The notes under the pieces are model-generated. The model was not told where the DNA came from, made no database searches, and was given only the letters and a program-made list of their open reading frames with translations. Positions 11,475 to 22,200 of a DNA stretch of 64,000 bases are shown here, one piece after another; positions within the stretch are counted from its first letter, which is position 1; each line of letters begins with the position of its first letter. Both the position numbers and the translations under genes were made by a program. The DNA comes from Trichomonas gallinae (taxonomy: Eukaryota): assembly GCA_008369845.1 (NCBI GenBank), contig MRSU01010484.1, forward strand, positions 1 through 64,000, read 5' to 3'.

Positions 11475-14400
11475 ATGTCTCGAATCTATCTCAGTTATGG
11501 AATTTATGAAGTAGTTGGATATGAAGAGAGCTTCAATTTCTGTTCCACATGCGAATATTACAACATGTATTCGTCAACCGCAACACCATTATATGAAGTT
11601 TATATTCGACCTGGAATTTTATCAATTCCAAGAAGAGCATTTTATAACTGCAGGAGATTACGGAAAGTAACATTGCCTGATACATTACAAAAAATAGATT
11701 CTGAAGTTTTTGCTGGAACAACAGATTTAAATGAATTAATATTACCAAATAGCCTGAAAATAATGAATTATGGTAATTTTCATGATACTTCCATCACTAA
11801 AATTACTATTCCTGATAATTGGAAATCAATTCCAAACGGATTTTTCCAAGGTATGAACCGATTAACTAATGTTTACAATTTTGGCAAGGTATGTTCAATT
11901 GGTGATTATGCTTTTACTGGTTGTAATAATCTAAATTATATTGATGATATTTCGAATGTAAGATATTTTGGATTTGCTTGCTTCTCATTTTGCAATTTCA
12001 CTAATTTTACGATACCTGAAAATGCTCAAGTTTTAGGACGAGAAATGTTAGCAGGTAACATTAATCTTGAATGGTGTAAAATACCAGATAAGTTCACACA
12101 TTTGCCTACTGCAATTTTTAAAGATTGTCCAAAATTCCATCTTTTTGACATCGATCATTTTAGAGAATTTGATTCAAAATGTTTATCAAACACGGACACT
12201 AGAAGTGTAACAATTCGTGTTAATTACAGTTATGGGCACTATGCTTTTTCAAATTGTCGTAACTTAGAAACTGCTGTTATAGAAGATGGTATTAATTCTT
12301 TGCCTGATGGACTTTTTTCTTCTACAAATATCAAGTCTATTATTATACCTGAATCTGTTGATAATCTTGGCCAAAATGTATTCGGATATTGTTATAATCT
12401 ATCATCAGTATCATTTCCAATGCATATGACTGAAATCAATCATTATCTGTTTCATAATTGTCATTTACTTACATACATCGAAATTCCTCCTGTTGTTACA
12501 TTTTTTGGAATTCATTGTTTTGACGGTTGTCCTCTTATTAACATTACAATTTGTCCCCAGTGTTGGTACATTGGCAGCTATGCTTTTTGTTGGATAAGGA
12601 ATTCAACAATTCTCATTCCTGAAGGCTTGGATTATCTTGGTCAGGGTGCTTTTTATAATTGTTCAGAATTGGAAGTGTTTAACCTATCATTGAAAAAGAA
12701 TTTTATATTCCGAGACTATTTATTCCAAAATTGCTCAAAATTAAAAACTATTGTAAACATAGAAGCAATTTCAGAATTTGGTATTGGAGTTTTCGATATG
12801 TGTATATCTCTTGAAAAAAGTTTCATGACGCAAAGACAACATTTAATTGTAGATTATCAATATCAGAGCTGTTCAGCAATGACACAATTTTTGATTCTTC
12901 CTACAATTGAACATATTGGCAGATACGCATTTGCTAGTTCTGGGTTAACAAGCATAACAATTCCATCAAATGTAATTACAATAGGTGAAGGCGTTTTCTA
13001 TAATTGTTCTCATTTAACTGCAGTAAATTTCCAAGGAGTTGTAACGAACTTAAATTGGTATACTTTTTGTTTTTGTTCTTCATTAATTAATTTTAAAGTC
13101 CCTCCAAGTGTAACTGAAATTGGTGGATATTGTTTCTATAGATGTGAATCTATTGTTCATATAGATCTGGTTCCACTTGATGTCATCAATGAATTTACTT
13201 TTGCATATTGCTCAAAACTTCCTAATATAACATTTTTTGATGGTTTGACTGGAATTCATGATGGAGCATTGAGCTTCTGCACATCTTTAACGAAAGTTAC
13301 AATTCCAAACTCTGTAACAGTTCTTTATGACTATGCATTTTCATCATGTACATCTCTTCCGTCTATTATCTTGCCAACAAATTTGAATACAATAGGCCAA
13401 TATTGTTTCTCCAATTGTTCGAATCTTTTAGACATTCGTTTGCCACAAAATTTAGTTTCAATGATGGATTATTCCTTCTCTGGAGCCGGAATGAGAACAT
13501 TAATAATTCCTAAAGCTGAAAAGATTCTCGATTGGGTATTTTCTTACTGTCCTAACTTAACTTCTATTTCACTTCCTGAAAATCTCCAAGCATTAGAAAA
13601 TTCAGCTTTTGCATATTGTTCAAGACTTGAATCACTAACATTTCCACCACTAATCAAAGTTGTGACTCATGATATATGCTATTCATGCCTAAGCTTAATG
13701 GAAATCAGGTTTGATGGTCCAGTTTATTTCATAGAATACAATGCTTTCAGTCTTTGCACAAATCTAACAGATTTCGAATTTCCTCAAGTGTTAGAAGTCA
13801 TCCAAGCCCATGCATTTGAGTTTTGTACATCATTACGTGTAATAGATTTCCCTCAATCATTGATTTATCTTGGTGCATGGTCATTTGCAAATACTAATAT
13901 TACTGATGTGTTTATTAATACAACAAATGCAACATCAATTGAAGATGGAGCATTTTATAATACCAAAATAGCAGTTATGTATCTTCCTGATAATTTAACT
14001 ACTTTAGCAAATGCAACATTTGAAGGTTGTAGAGATTTAGTTAGAATTTACCTTCCAAAATATCTGGATTCTATTGGTGCTAATGTATTTAACAATTGTA
14101 AAAGACTTGGAAAAGTTATCTGGCCTTTGAATCTTTCATTTATTGGAATTAATGCATTTGGCAATTGCAACATTGAAAAAGTTAATTTAACTTACACTAA
14201 AATTGTCATTATCCAGCCATATGCTTTTGCGAACTGTTTGAGGCTTAGATATATGTTTCTTCCTGTTGGGCTAAAATCAATTGAACCATATGCTTTTAGT
14301 AATTGCAGAAGTTTAATCCAATTCATTGCCCCATCAACTCTAATGAATATCAAAGGCTATGCTTTTATTAAATGTCATAGTCTTGAAATTGTCAAACTTA

Positions 14401-14921
14401 CATCTAATATTACAATGATTGAATCTTATACATTTTATGATTGCAGAATACTTAACATGATAATCATACCAGCAAATGCCATTGTGAAAAGTTATGCATT
14501 TTCAAATTGTCCAAAAATCGAGTTCATTGATATCGGTGATAATTGTACTATTGAATCATATGCTTTTTCATCAGCACTAAATATTCAAGCAATTATTATT
14601 AGAGAGGATTCTAAAATTGATATTTCGGCATTTAATTCTTTAGCTAGCAAAAAGACTCTTCTTTATTATTGTGGACAAAATGATATAACATATAATTCTG
14701 TTTTAAGTAGTGCTGCCAATCAAACATTTGTAAAGCAAAATTATCAAAACTCAACATTTATCAAAAATAATGTCACCAAATCATTGGATAATGATATATG
14801 TTATAACTTTGATGAACAAGAAATTCTGCGAGGTTGTATTGTTGTAGAATCATGTTTGTTTTATAAGAGATATAATTATTATAGCACATACAATGTATTA
14901 TCTCTCCTGTTACAATTTTGA
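11475..14921 (+). CDS. BspA-like LRR protein, subtype B (B1), 1148 aa
   Basis: TpLRR repeats; N-terminus MSRIYLSYGIYEV..CxxC; C-terminus YCG...CY...VLSLLLQF. Confidence 0.95.
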   Translation: MSRIYLSYGIYEVVGYEESFNFCSTCEYYNMYSSTATPLYEVYIRPGILSIPRRAFYNCRRLRKVTLPDTLQKIDSEVFAGTTDLNELILPNSLKIMNYGNFHDTSITKITIPDNWKSIPNGFFQGMNRLTNVYNFGKVCSIGDYAFTGCNNLNYIDDISNVRYFGFACFSFCNFTNFTIPENAQVLGREMLAGNINLEWCKIPDKFTHLPTAIFKDCPKFHLFDIDHFREFDSKCLSNTDTRSVTIRVNYSYGHYAFSNCRNLETAVIEDGINSLPDGLFSSTNIKSIIIPESVDNLGQNVFGYCYNLSSVSFPMHMTEINHYLFHNCHLLTYIEIPPVVTFFGIHCFDGCPLINITICPQCWYIGSYAFCWIRNSTILIPEGLDYLGQGAFYNCSELEVFNLSLKKNFIFRDYLFQNCSKLKTIVNIEAISEFGIGVFDMCISLEKSFMTQRQHLIVDYQYQSCSAMTQFLILPTIEHIGRYAFASSGLTSITIPSNVITIGEGVFYNCSHLTAVNFQGVVTNLNWYTFCFCSSLINFKVPPSVTEIGGYCFYRCESIVHIDLVPLDVINEFTFAYCSKLPNITFFDGLTGIHDGALSFCTSLTKVTIPNSVTVLYDYAFSSCTSLPSIILPTNLNTIGQYCFSNCSNLLDIRLPQNLVSMMDYSFSGAGMRTLIIPKAEKILDWVFSYCPNLTSISLPENLQALENSAFAYCSRLESLTFPPLIKVVTHDICYSCLSLMEIRFDGPVYFIEYNAFSLCTNLTDFEFPQVLEVIQAHAFEFCTSLRVIDFPQSLIYLGAWSFANTNITDVFINTTNATSIEDGAFYNTKIAVMYLPDNLTTLANATFEGCRDLVRIYLPKYLDSIGANVFNNCKRLGKVIWPLNLSFIGINAFGNCNIEKVNLTYTKIVIIQPYAFANCLRLRYMFLPVGLKSIEPYAFSNCRSLIQFIAPSTLMNIKGYAFIKCHSLEIVKLTSNITMIESYTFYDCRILNMIIIPANAIVKSYAFSNCPKIEFIDIGDNCTIESYAFSSALNIQAIIIREDSKIDISAFNSLASKKTLLYYCGQNDITYNSVLSSAANQTFVKQNYQNSTFIKNNVTKSLDNDICYNFDEQEILRGCIVVESCLFYKRYNYYSTYNVLSLLLQF

Positions 14922-15277
14922 AAATAAAATAAATATGTTTCACGGGTTAAATATTTGTTTAATTGATAAATTATACAATTTTTATTTGGGTGCAACATGA
15001 AAAACAAGATTATTGCAAAAATGACGAAAATGGTTTTGTTGAAAAGTATTCTTGGGGACATTTCAAAGGTTCTTCACATTTGATAACTCAAAGAATTATC
15101 TCTGGTACCACAATATGGGACAAAGGGTATTATTATGTTAGTAGAGAATGAATAGTAATTAGCACTAAATGTAGGACCAAATCTTAAAAATATGAGGGAC
15201 TCGCATTTGTAAATAGTTTTAATAAAAAAGGTCTAATATGTTTATTAATACATTCAATGTACAAATACAACATTACA

Positions 15278-18200
15278 TTAAAATTGCAATAATAATGATA
15301 AAACATGATAAGATGCATAGTAATCATATCTCTTATAGAATAAACATGATATAAGTACTGGGCATCCAAGAGGAATCTCTTGATCATCGAAATTGTAACA
15401 TAAATGATCATCCAAAATCTTATTCACATTATTTTCGATAAATGTATCGTTTTCATATGAACGAACGACATAAGTTTTGTTTGCTGCCTTACTTAATACA
15501 GAATTATATGCTAGATCTGTGAAGCCGCAATAGTAAATTATAGTATGTTTGGTTGGTAGTGATGGAATTGCATTTGCATAGAGGTTAGTATATCCTCTAA
15601 TGATAATTTCTTCAATCTGACTTGATCTTGAAAATGCATTATTCTCGATTGTGCAATTAATTCCCATATCTAAGAATTGAATTCCATTGCAATTTGCAAA
15701 TGCATACGATTTAACTGTAATGTTTGCTGGCAAAACAAGTAATTTAAGTTGTTTACAGTCACCGAAAGTGTATTGCTCAATTACAGAAATGTTTGGGTTA
15801 ATTTTAATGATTTCCATATTGTGACAATGTGAGAATGCATAAGACTTAACTGACATTAATGTTGATGGAGAAACAAAATCTACTAAACTATGACAATGTA
15901 AGAAAGCATATGATTCAATGGACTTCAATCCATAAGGAAGATACATGTATCTCATATTGTAACAGTTGGCAAACGCATATGGTTGAATTATAACCATTGA
16001 TGTGTAAGTAATATTTACTCGCTCTAAGTTGCAATTATAAAATGCATTATTACCAATATATGATAAATTGAGAGGCCATATAACTTTGCCTAATCTAACA
16101 CAATTTTTGAAAACACTGTCCCCAATTGAATTAAGATACTTTGGGAGATGAACACGAACTAAGTCTTTACAATCTTCAAATGTTGATGTACATAATGTCG
16201 TCAAATTATCTGGAAGATATATGACTGCAATATGTGTGTTGCAAAATGCTCTGTCTTTGATCGTAGTTGCATTTGTTAAATTGATACGAACATCAGTTAT
16301 TGAGGAATGATAAAATGCATATTCTCCAATGAACATTAATGGCTTTGGAAGATCTATCAAATATAATGATGTACATCCTTCAAAAGCTCTATCTTGAATT
16401 ACCTCCAAAACTGGAGGGAATTCGAAGTCCCTCAAATTTACGCATTTGTAGAATGCCCTAGATTCAATGTACAAAGCAGGGCAGAGGAATGATATTGAAG
16501 TCAGGTTAGTACACAAATAACAAAGATCATGAGTGATTACTTTCAAAAGTGGTGGAAAAATTAATGACTCGAGTTTGGAGCAATTATAAAAAGCTGAATT
16601 TTCTAATGCCTCGAGATTATTCGGAAGAGTGATTGATACAAGGTTTGAGCAATTTGAAAACGCTCCATCGAGAATCTTTTCGGCTGATACAATTGTGAAT
16701 GTCTCAATTCCTGAGAATGAAAATGAACAATTCATGATTGATGTCAAATTTGGAGGCATTGTGATGTTATTTCGAAGATTGTAACAATTGTAGAAACAGT
16801 AATGACCAATATTTTTCAGACTCTTCGGCAAAACAACTGATGGCAGTGACACACAGTTTGCAAATGCATAGTCGTATATCATATAAATTGTATCTGGCAG
16901 AGTAACATTTGTCAATGAACTGCAGTAACTCATCGCATTATCATTCAATATTGTCAATCCATCTAAAAATGTCATGTTTGGTAAACTTGTGCAGTATGAA
17001 AATGTATACTTGTTGATGATTCTCAAAACTGTGAGTTTGATGTGAACAATTGATGTGCAATTGTAAAAGCAAAATCCGCCAAGTTCTGTAACTGATGGTG
17101 GCAGTATCAATTCAGTTAAAGACGTACAATGAGCAAAAGTATACCAATTTAAGATTGTGATTTCTGATTCTAATTTAACAGTGGTCAAATTGGAGCAGTT
17201 GAAGAAAACTCCTTCACCTATTGATTTTATTGTGAATGGAATTGTTATATTTTTCAGTCCAGCACTTGCAAATGCATAATGACCAATGTATTTGATTGTT
17301 GGTATGAATTCAAATTCTGTCATTGCTGAACAACGTTGATATTGACAGTCGACTATTAAAGTATGTCTTTCTGTCAAAAAACTTTCTTCAAGTGATGTAC
17401 AGTTATCGAAACACCCAACTCCAAATTCTGTGATAGCCTCTTTATTAACAATTGTTGTCAAGCTGGAGCAGTTATGGAATGTTTTGCTTCGAAGAACAAA
17501 ATTCTTTTTAAGTGAAAGGTTGAAAACTTCAAGCTTCGAACAATTATAAAATGCACCATCTCCAAGATAATCTAAGCCTTCTGGAATGAGAATTGATTGA
17601 TTCTTTGTCCATGCAAATGCATAGTTTCCAATGTACCAGCATTCTGGGCAAATAGTGATGTTGATAAGTGGACAACCATAGAAGCAATACTTTCCGAAAA
17701 ATGTTACAACAGGAGGGATGACTATATACTTCAAAGAATAGCAATCATTGAACAAATAATGATTAAGTTCAGTCATATGCATTGGTAATGTGACATCTGA
17801 AAGATTAATACATCCACTAAAGACTCCAATTCCAAGATTGTCCATCGATTCCGGAATGACAATCGACTTAAGATTAGGGCATTGACTAAATAAATAATCT
17901 GGGAGGGAATTGACATCAACTTCTATTGTTACATTGACTAAATTTTTGCAATGACTAAATGCATAGCTATCATAACTATAATTGACTCTAATGGTGACAT
18001 TAGTTGTGTTTGTGTTATATAAACAACATGAACCAAAGCCAATAAAATGATCGAAATTATAAAGCTGGAATTTTGGGCAATCTTTAAACACACTTGCAGG
18101 TAAATGATCGAATTTACTTGGAATAATACACCATTCAAGATAACTATTGCTTGAAAACATGCCATTTCCTAGAAATTGGGTGCATTCTGGAATTGTAAAA

Positions 18201-18712
18201 TTTTTAAAATTGCAGGATGAAAAACAATAGTTACCAAAATTCCTGACATTTGAATAATCATCTATAAATTTTAAACTACATCCAGAAAACGCTTCATCTC
18301 CAATATACAAAACATTTTTGAAGTTGTAAACATGTGTTAGTGTACTTATGCCTGAAAATGATCTTGATGGGATTGTTGTCCATGTATCGGGAAGTGTAAT
18401 TTTGGTAAAATATGTATTAGTTAATGCATATAATGCATCAAATCCTATAAATCCGGATGGAAAAACAAGTTCTTTCAAATTTGAAGTTCCATAAAAAGCG
18501 TAAGATGATATATATTTAAGGGTCGATGGTAACTCAACTTTTCTTAGTTGAGAGCAGAAATAAAATGTCTTTTCTGCAATTCTTGTAATTCCAGATCTGA
18601 TATAAACTTCATTGACTCGATATAAATTATATTCGCATGCGGTACAAAAGTTATAGCACTCTTGATAACCCATGACTTCATAGACTCCCAAGGAAAGTCT
18701 CACCGAAGTCAT
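15278..18712 (-). CDS. BspA-like LRR protein, subtype B (B2), 1144 aa
   Basis: Full-length collinear paralog of B1 and B3. Confidence 0.95.
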   Translation of the reverse strand: MTSVRLSLGVYEVMGYQECYNFCTACEYNLYRVNEVYIRSGITRIAEKTFYFCSQLRKVELPSTLKYISSYAFYGTSNLKELVFPSGFIGFDALYALTNTYFTKITLPDTWTTIPSRSFSGISTLTHVYNFKNVLYIGDEAFSGCSLKFIDDYSNVRNFGNYCFSSCNFKNFTIPECTQFLGNGMFSSNSYLEWCIIPSKFDHLPASVFKDCPKFQLYNFDHFIGFGSCCLYNTNTTNVTIRVNYSYDSYAFSHCKNLVNVTIEVDVNSLPDYLFSQCPNLKSIVIPESMDNLGIGVFSGCINLSDVTLPMHMTELNHYLFNDCYSLKYIVIPPVVTFFGKYCFYGCPLINITICPECWYIGNYAFAWTKNQSILIPEGLDYLGDGAFYNCSKLEVFNLSLKKNFVLRSKTFHNCSSLTTIVNKEAITEFGVGCFDNCTSLEESFLTERHTLIVDCQYQRCSAMTEFEFIPTIKYIGHYAFASAGLKNITIPFTIKSIGEGVFFNCSNLTTVKLESEITILNWYTFAHCTSLTELILPPSVTELGGFCFYNCTSIVHIKLTVLRIINKYTFSYCTSLPNMTFLDGLTILNDNAMSYCSSLTNVTLPDTIYMIYDYAFANCVSLPSVVLPKSLKNIGHYCFYNCYNLRNNITMPPNLTSIMNCSFSFSGIETFTIVSAEKILDGAFSNCSNLVSITLPNNLEALENSAFYNCSKLESLIFPPLLKVITHDLCYLCTNLTSISFLCPALYIESRAFYKCVNLRDFEFPPVLEVIQDRAFEGCTSLYLIDLPKPLMFIGEYAFYHSSITDVRINLTNATTIKDRAFCNTHIAVIYLPDNLTTLCTSTFEDCKDLVRVHLPKYLNSIGDSVFKNCVRLGKVIWPLNLSYIGNNAFYNCNLERVNITYTSMVIIQPYAFANCYNMRYMYLPYGLKSIESYAFLHCHSLVDFVSPSTLMSVKSYAFSHCHNMEIIKINPNISVIEQYTFGDCKQLKLLVLPANITVKSYAFANCNGIQFLDMGINCTIENNAFSRSSQIEEIIIRGYTNLYANAIPSLPTKHTIIYYCGFTDLAYNSVLSKAANKTYVVRSYENDTFIENNVNKILDDHLCYNFDDQEIPLGCPVLISCLFYKRYDYYASYHVLSLLLQF

Positions 18713-19203
18713 TCACTTTGAAAGCAAAACCACTTTTACTCATTCAAATCAAAATTTATGGATTTTGATTTTCTCTCCCTATAAATAATGATGTATGTCA
18801 CATATCATAGAAGAATTCAAAATACGAATCGATTTTAAGATTATCCGAATCTGAAAAAAATTAAGGATACATAATATATCTAAAATTTTTGCATTGTTTA
18901 AACGAAAGATCAATTTCTATAGCAATTATAAAATAAGAATTATGCGGTCAATTTCTTTCTCAAAAATAATTGTTCAAACTTTAAGAATCTGAATAACTTT
19001 TGATAGATTTTTTGACATCGTGGATTGATCGTAAACATATAACTGCATTATTGATAACGAATCAAATTTAAGTAGATTACGATCGTAAAACGATAGTTTT
19101 TGAAATTTTGTGATTCAAATAATGATATAACACGGTAATATAAAAATAAGATTTGGATTTAGTTTCAATTTTGAATGCCTGTAAATTTTGTTTTTAGAAC
19201 AAA

Positions 19204-22200
19204 ATGTCATGGAATTTCGTTAATGGAATATTAACAATTTCAGGGGCTGGTGCTATTGTTGATATCTGGAAGTCCAATAATAGCATTATTTCATTGGTTA
19301 TTGAAGAAGGAATCACAGAAATTCCATCTAATTGTTTTTACAATTGTTCACATTTGCAATCAGCTTCACTACCAAATAGTTTAACTACTATAGGTGAAAA
19401 TGCATTTTGGCGTTGTTCCGAATTAAAGACAATAAATTTCCCCAATTCCATCAAATTTATAGCTAAAAACTCATTTTTCTGTTGTGAGTCTATTACTCAG
19501 ATTTCTTTTTCATCTGATGTATTAAATATTTCCAATAGCGCTTTTACAAACTGCACTTCACTTAAAAATTTAGAAATATATTCACAAAAACTTGAGCTTG
19601 GATCTAATGCTTTTCAATTCAGTCTTGCTCTCACAAAACTAATCATAAATTCCGATATTTGCAATCTTGGTTCTAGATCTTTTTATTATTCTCATTTACA
19701 AGAAATCAATATTGAATCTATTAGTGTTAGCCTTGGTTCAAGTTCTCTTTCATCTTGTTCAAGCATCCGTAATCTGAAAATTCGAGCTACAAACGTAAGC
19801 TTTGACTCATATGTTTTATATTATTGCCACAACATTGAAAATGGAAACATTTTGTGTGATAATTTGTTGTTCAGCAGTAATTCAATTTCATATTGCAATT
19901 ATCTTAAAATGACTGTTAATTCTAATATTACAAAATTTTCATACCAGTCGTTGTATAATTGTAATTATCTTCAATTTACACTGTGCTGTCCAAACATATC
20001 ATTTGCTTATTATTCCCTATATAATTGCAATAATATGAAAATTTTCAATGTCAGCACAGTTAATATGAAAATATCAACGGAAATATTCTATGACTGCGAT
20101 AGTTTTTCGCATTTCTATGTTTCAGCAAATACTATTGAAATATATACAATATTTCTTAATTATCCATCAGCCCTCTCAACTTTAACACTAATTGCAAATA
20201 ATGTGACAATAAAAAGAAGAGGTTTTACATCATGTAATAATTTAAATATTACAGCAAGTTCTAATATTATCATTCATAATATGGCATTTTACTCCAATCG
20301 TTCTTATTATAATACTGAGGGACCATATCGATGCGATTTAACAGCACCTGATATTTACGTTGGAAAAAGTGCATTTTATTACTGTAGAAATTCGAGATTA
20401 ATATATTTTAATGGCGTTAATTTGTTTGTTGGAGAATCTGCATTTGAAACTAGTTATCTTAATGATGTGTATTTTAACATAATTAATAACACTTTCATAA
20501 GCAACTATGCATTCAAATCATGTTCAATCAATAATGTTGTCTTCAAATCATATGATACTTATATCGGTGTTGAAGCTTTTTATTCTAATAATATTCAAAC
20601 AGCATATTTCAATTCTTCTAATTACACATATATTGATGTAGGTGCTTTTATGAATCTTGAATATTTAAAACTTGTTAATTTCACTTCAGATATCACTTAT
20701 ATTTGTGAAAATGCTTTTTCAACATCAAAATATCTTTATTCTATATATTGTCTTCCCAATATTAGATTTGATATTGGAAGAGATGCTTTCGCATATTGTT
20801 ACAAACTAAAAGAAATTCATAATCTTTCAAACATTACATCCCTTGGTGATGGGGCCTTTAAATGGACAAATATAACATCATTCAATCTTACATGCAATAT
20901 TCCAAATATGGGGACAAATGTATTTGAAGATTGTGCATATTTAGTTAATGTTACAATCAAACCTCCATTTGATTATCTTCCTAAATATACTTTTGCAACA
21001 TGCGTAGGACTAAAATCCATAAATATTCCTAGCTCTGTCACTGAAATTGGATCATATTGTTTTAGTGGTTGTTACTTATTGGAGAATGTAACAATGGAAA
21101 ATCCATATATTCCTTTGGGAGACTATTGCTTCCAAAATTGCGTGAAATATTATGCAACTGAATATAACAGTGATAAAAATAACACAATTCCTGGACTTTA
21201 TTATAACTCTGGAATACGAAGTGTAATTATCAAAAACTACACACAATATGGTTCATATCAATTCTCATATTGCCAATCTTTGGAGAAGATTACAATTGAA
21301 GAAGGAGTTGAATTCCTCAATTACGGCTTATTTTCTCATTGTTATAGAATTAAGTCTATATTTATTCCAGAAATTTGCACTAATCTATGTGATAATGTAT
21401 TTTCAAACTGTTTTTCCTTGACTACAGCAAATATCCCAACCAATGTGTCAACAATACCAACAGGATTTTATTCACATACTTCAATAGCTGATTTTTATTT
21501 TCCAGAATCAATAATAGTTATTGGAGATTCTGCTTTTTCGGGTTGTCCTTTTGAAGAAATAAATTTTCCCAAGAACCTTAGCTCGATACGTTCAAATGCT
21601 TTTTCTGAATCCCTTCTTATCAATATAACATTTCCTTCGAATTTAAGATATATTGATGAATATGCTTTTGCAAATAACAAATGTCTTTTCACAATTGATT
21701 TTTCGCAATGCACTGATGTTGTAGTCGGTGATTATGCATTTGTGTCATGTATTCAACTAGAGAATATGATAAACATAAAAATTATTAGATGTACTGCAGG
21801 AAAAGGAATTTTCAAGGATTGTAGATCGATTCGTGAGACAGTAATATTGCCAAAAGTTGGTTTTTATGCAGAATCAATGTATGATGATTGCACAAATTTA
21901 ATTACAATTCATTTTCCATCATATATTAGATCCATATATGATGGTGCCTTTTATGGATGCACTATGTTAACTCATGTTGAAATACCTGAATCTGTTACAT
22001 ATATTGGTAATCGTGTCTTCTCATGCTGCACAAGTTTAACGAATATAACTTTACCAAAGAATATTAGAATTTACGGTTATCAAGTTTTTGAAAGCTGTCA
22101 TAGCTTGGAATATATCGATCTTCCAGAAGGAATTATCAAAATATGGTACGAATTTTTTGCTTATTCAGGAATCAAAAATGTGGTGTTTCCTAATTCATTG

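Noticed and set aside
18944..18952. GCGGTCAAT shared by two A/B divergent gaps (also ~29446)
   Set aside because: No inverted counterpart found in the A1/B1 gap; one 9-mer is too weak to call a regulatory site.
19181..19197. Possible 17-nt GT..AG intron that would join ATG CCT (19175) in frame to A2
   Set aside because: No CTAAC-type branch site, shorter than known trichomonad introns, no equivalent in A1 or A3, and it would add only 4 residues.
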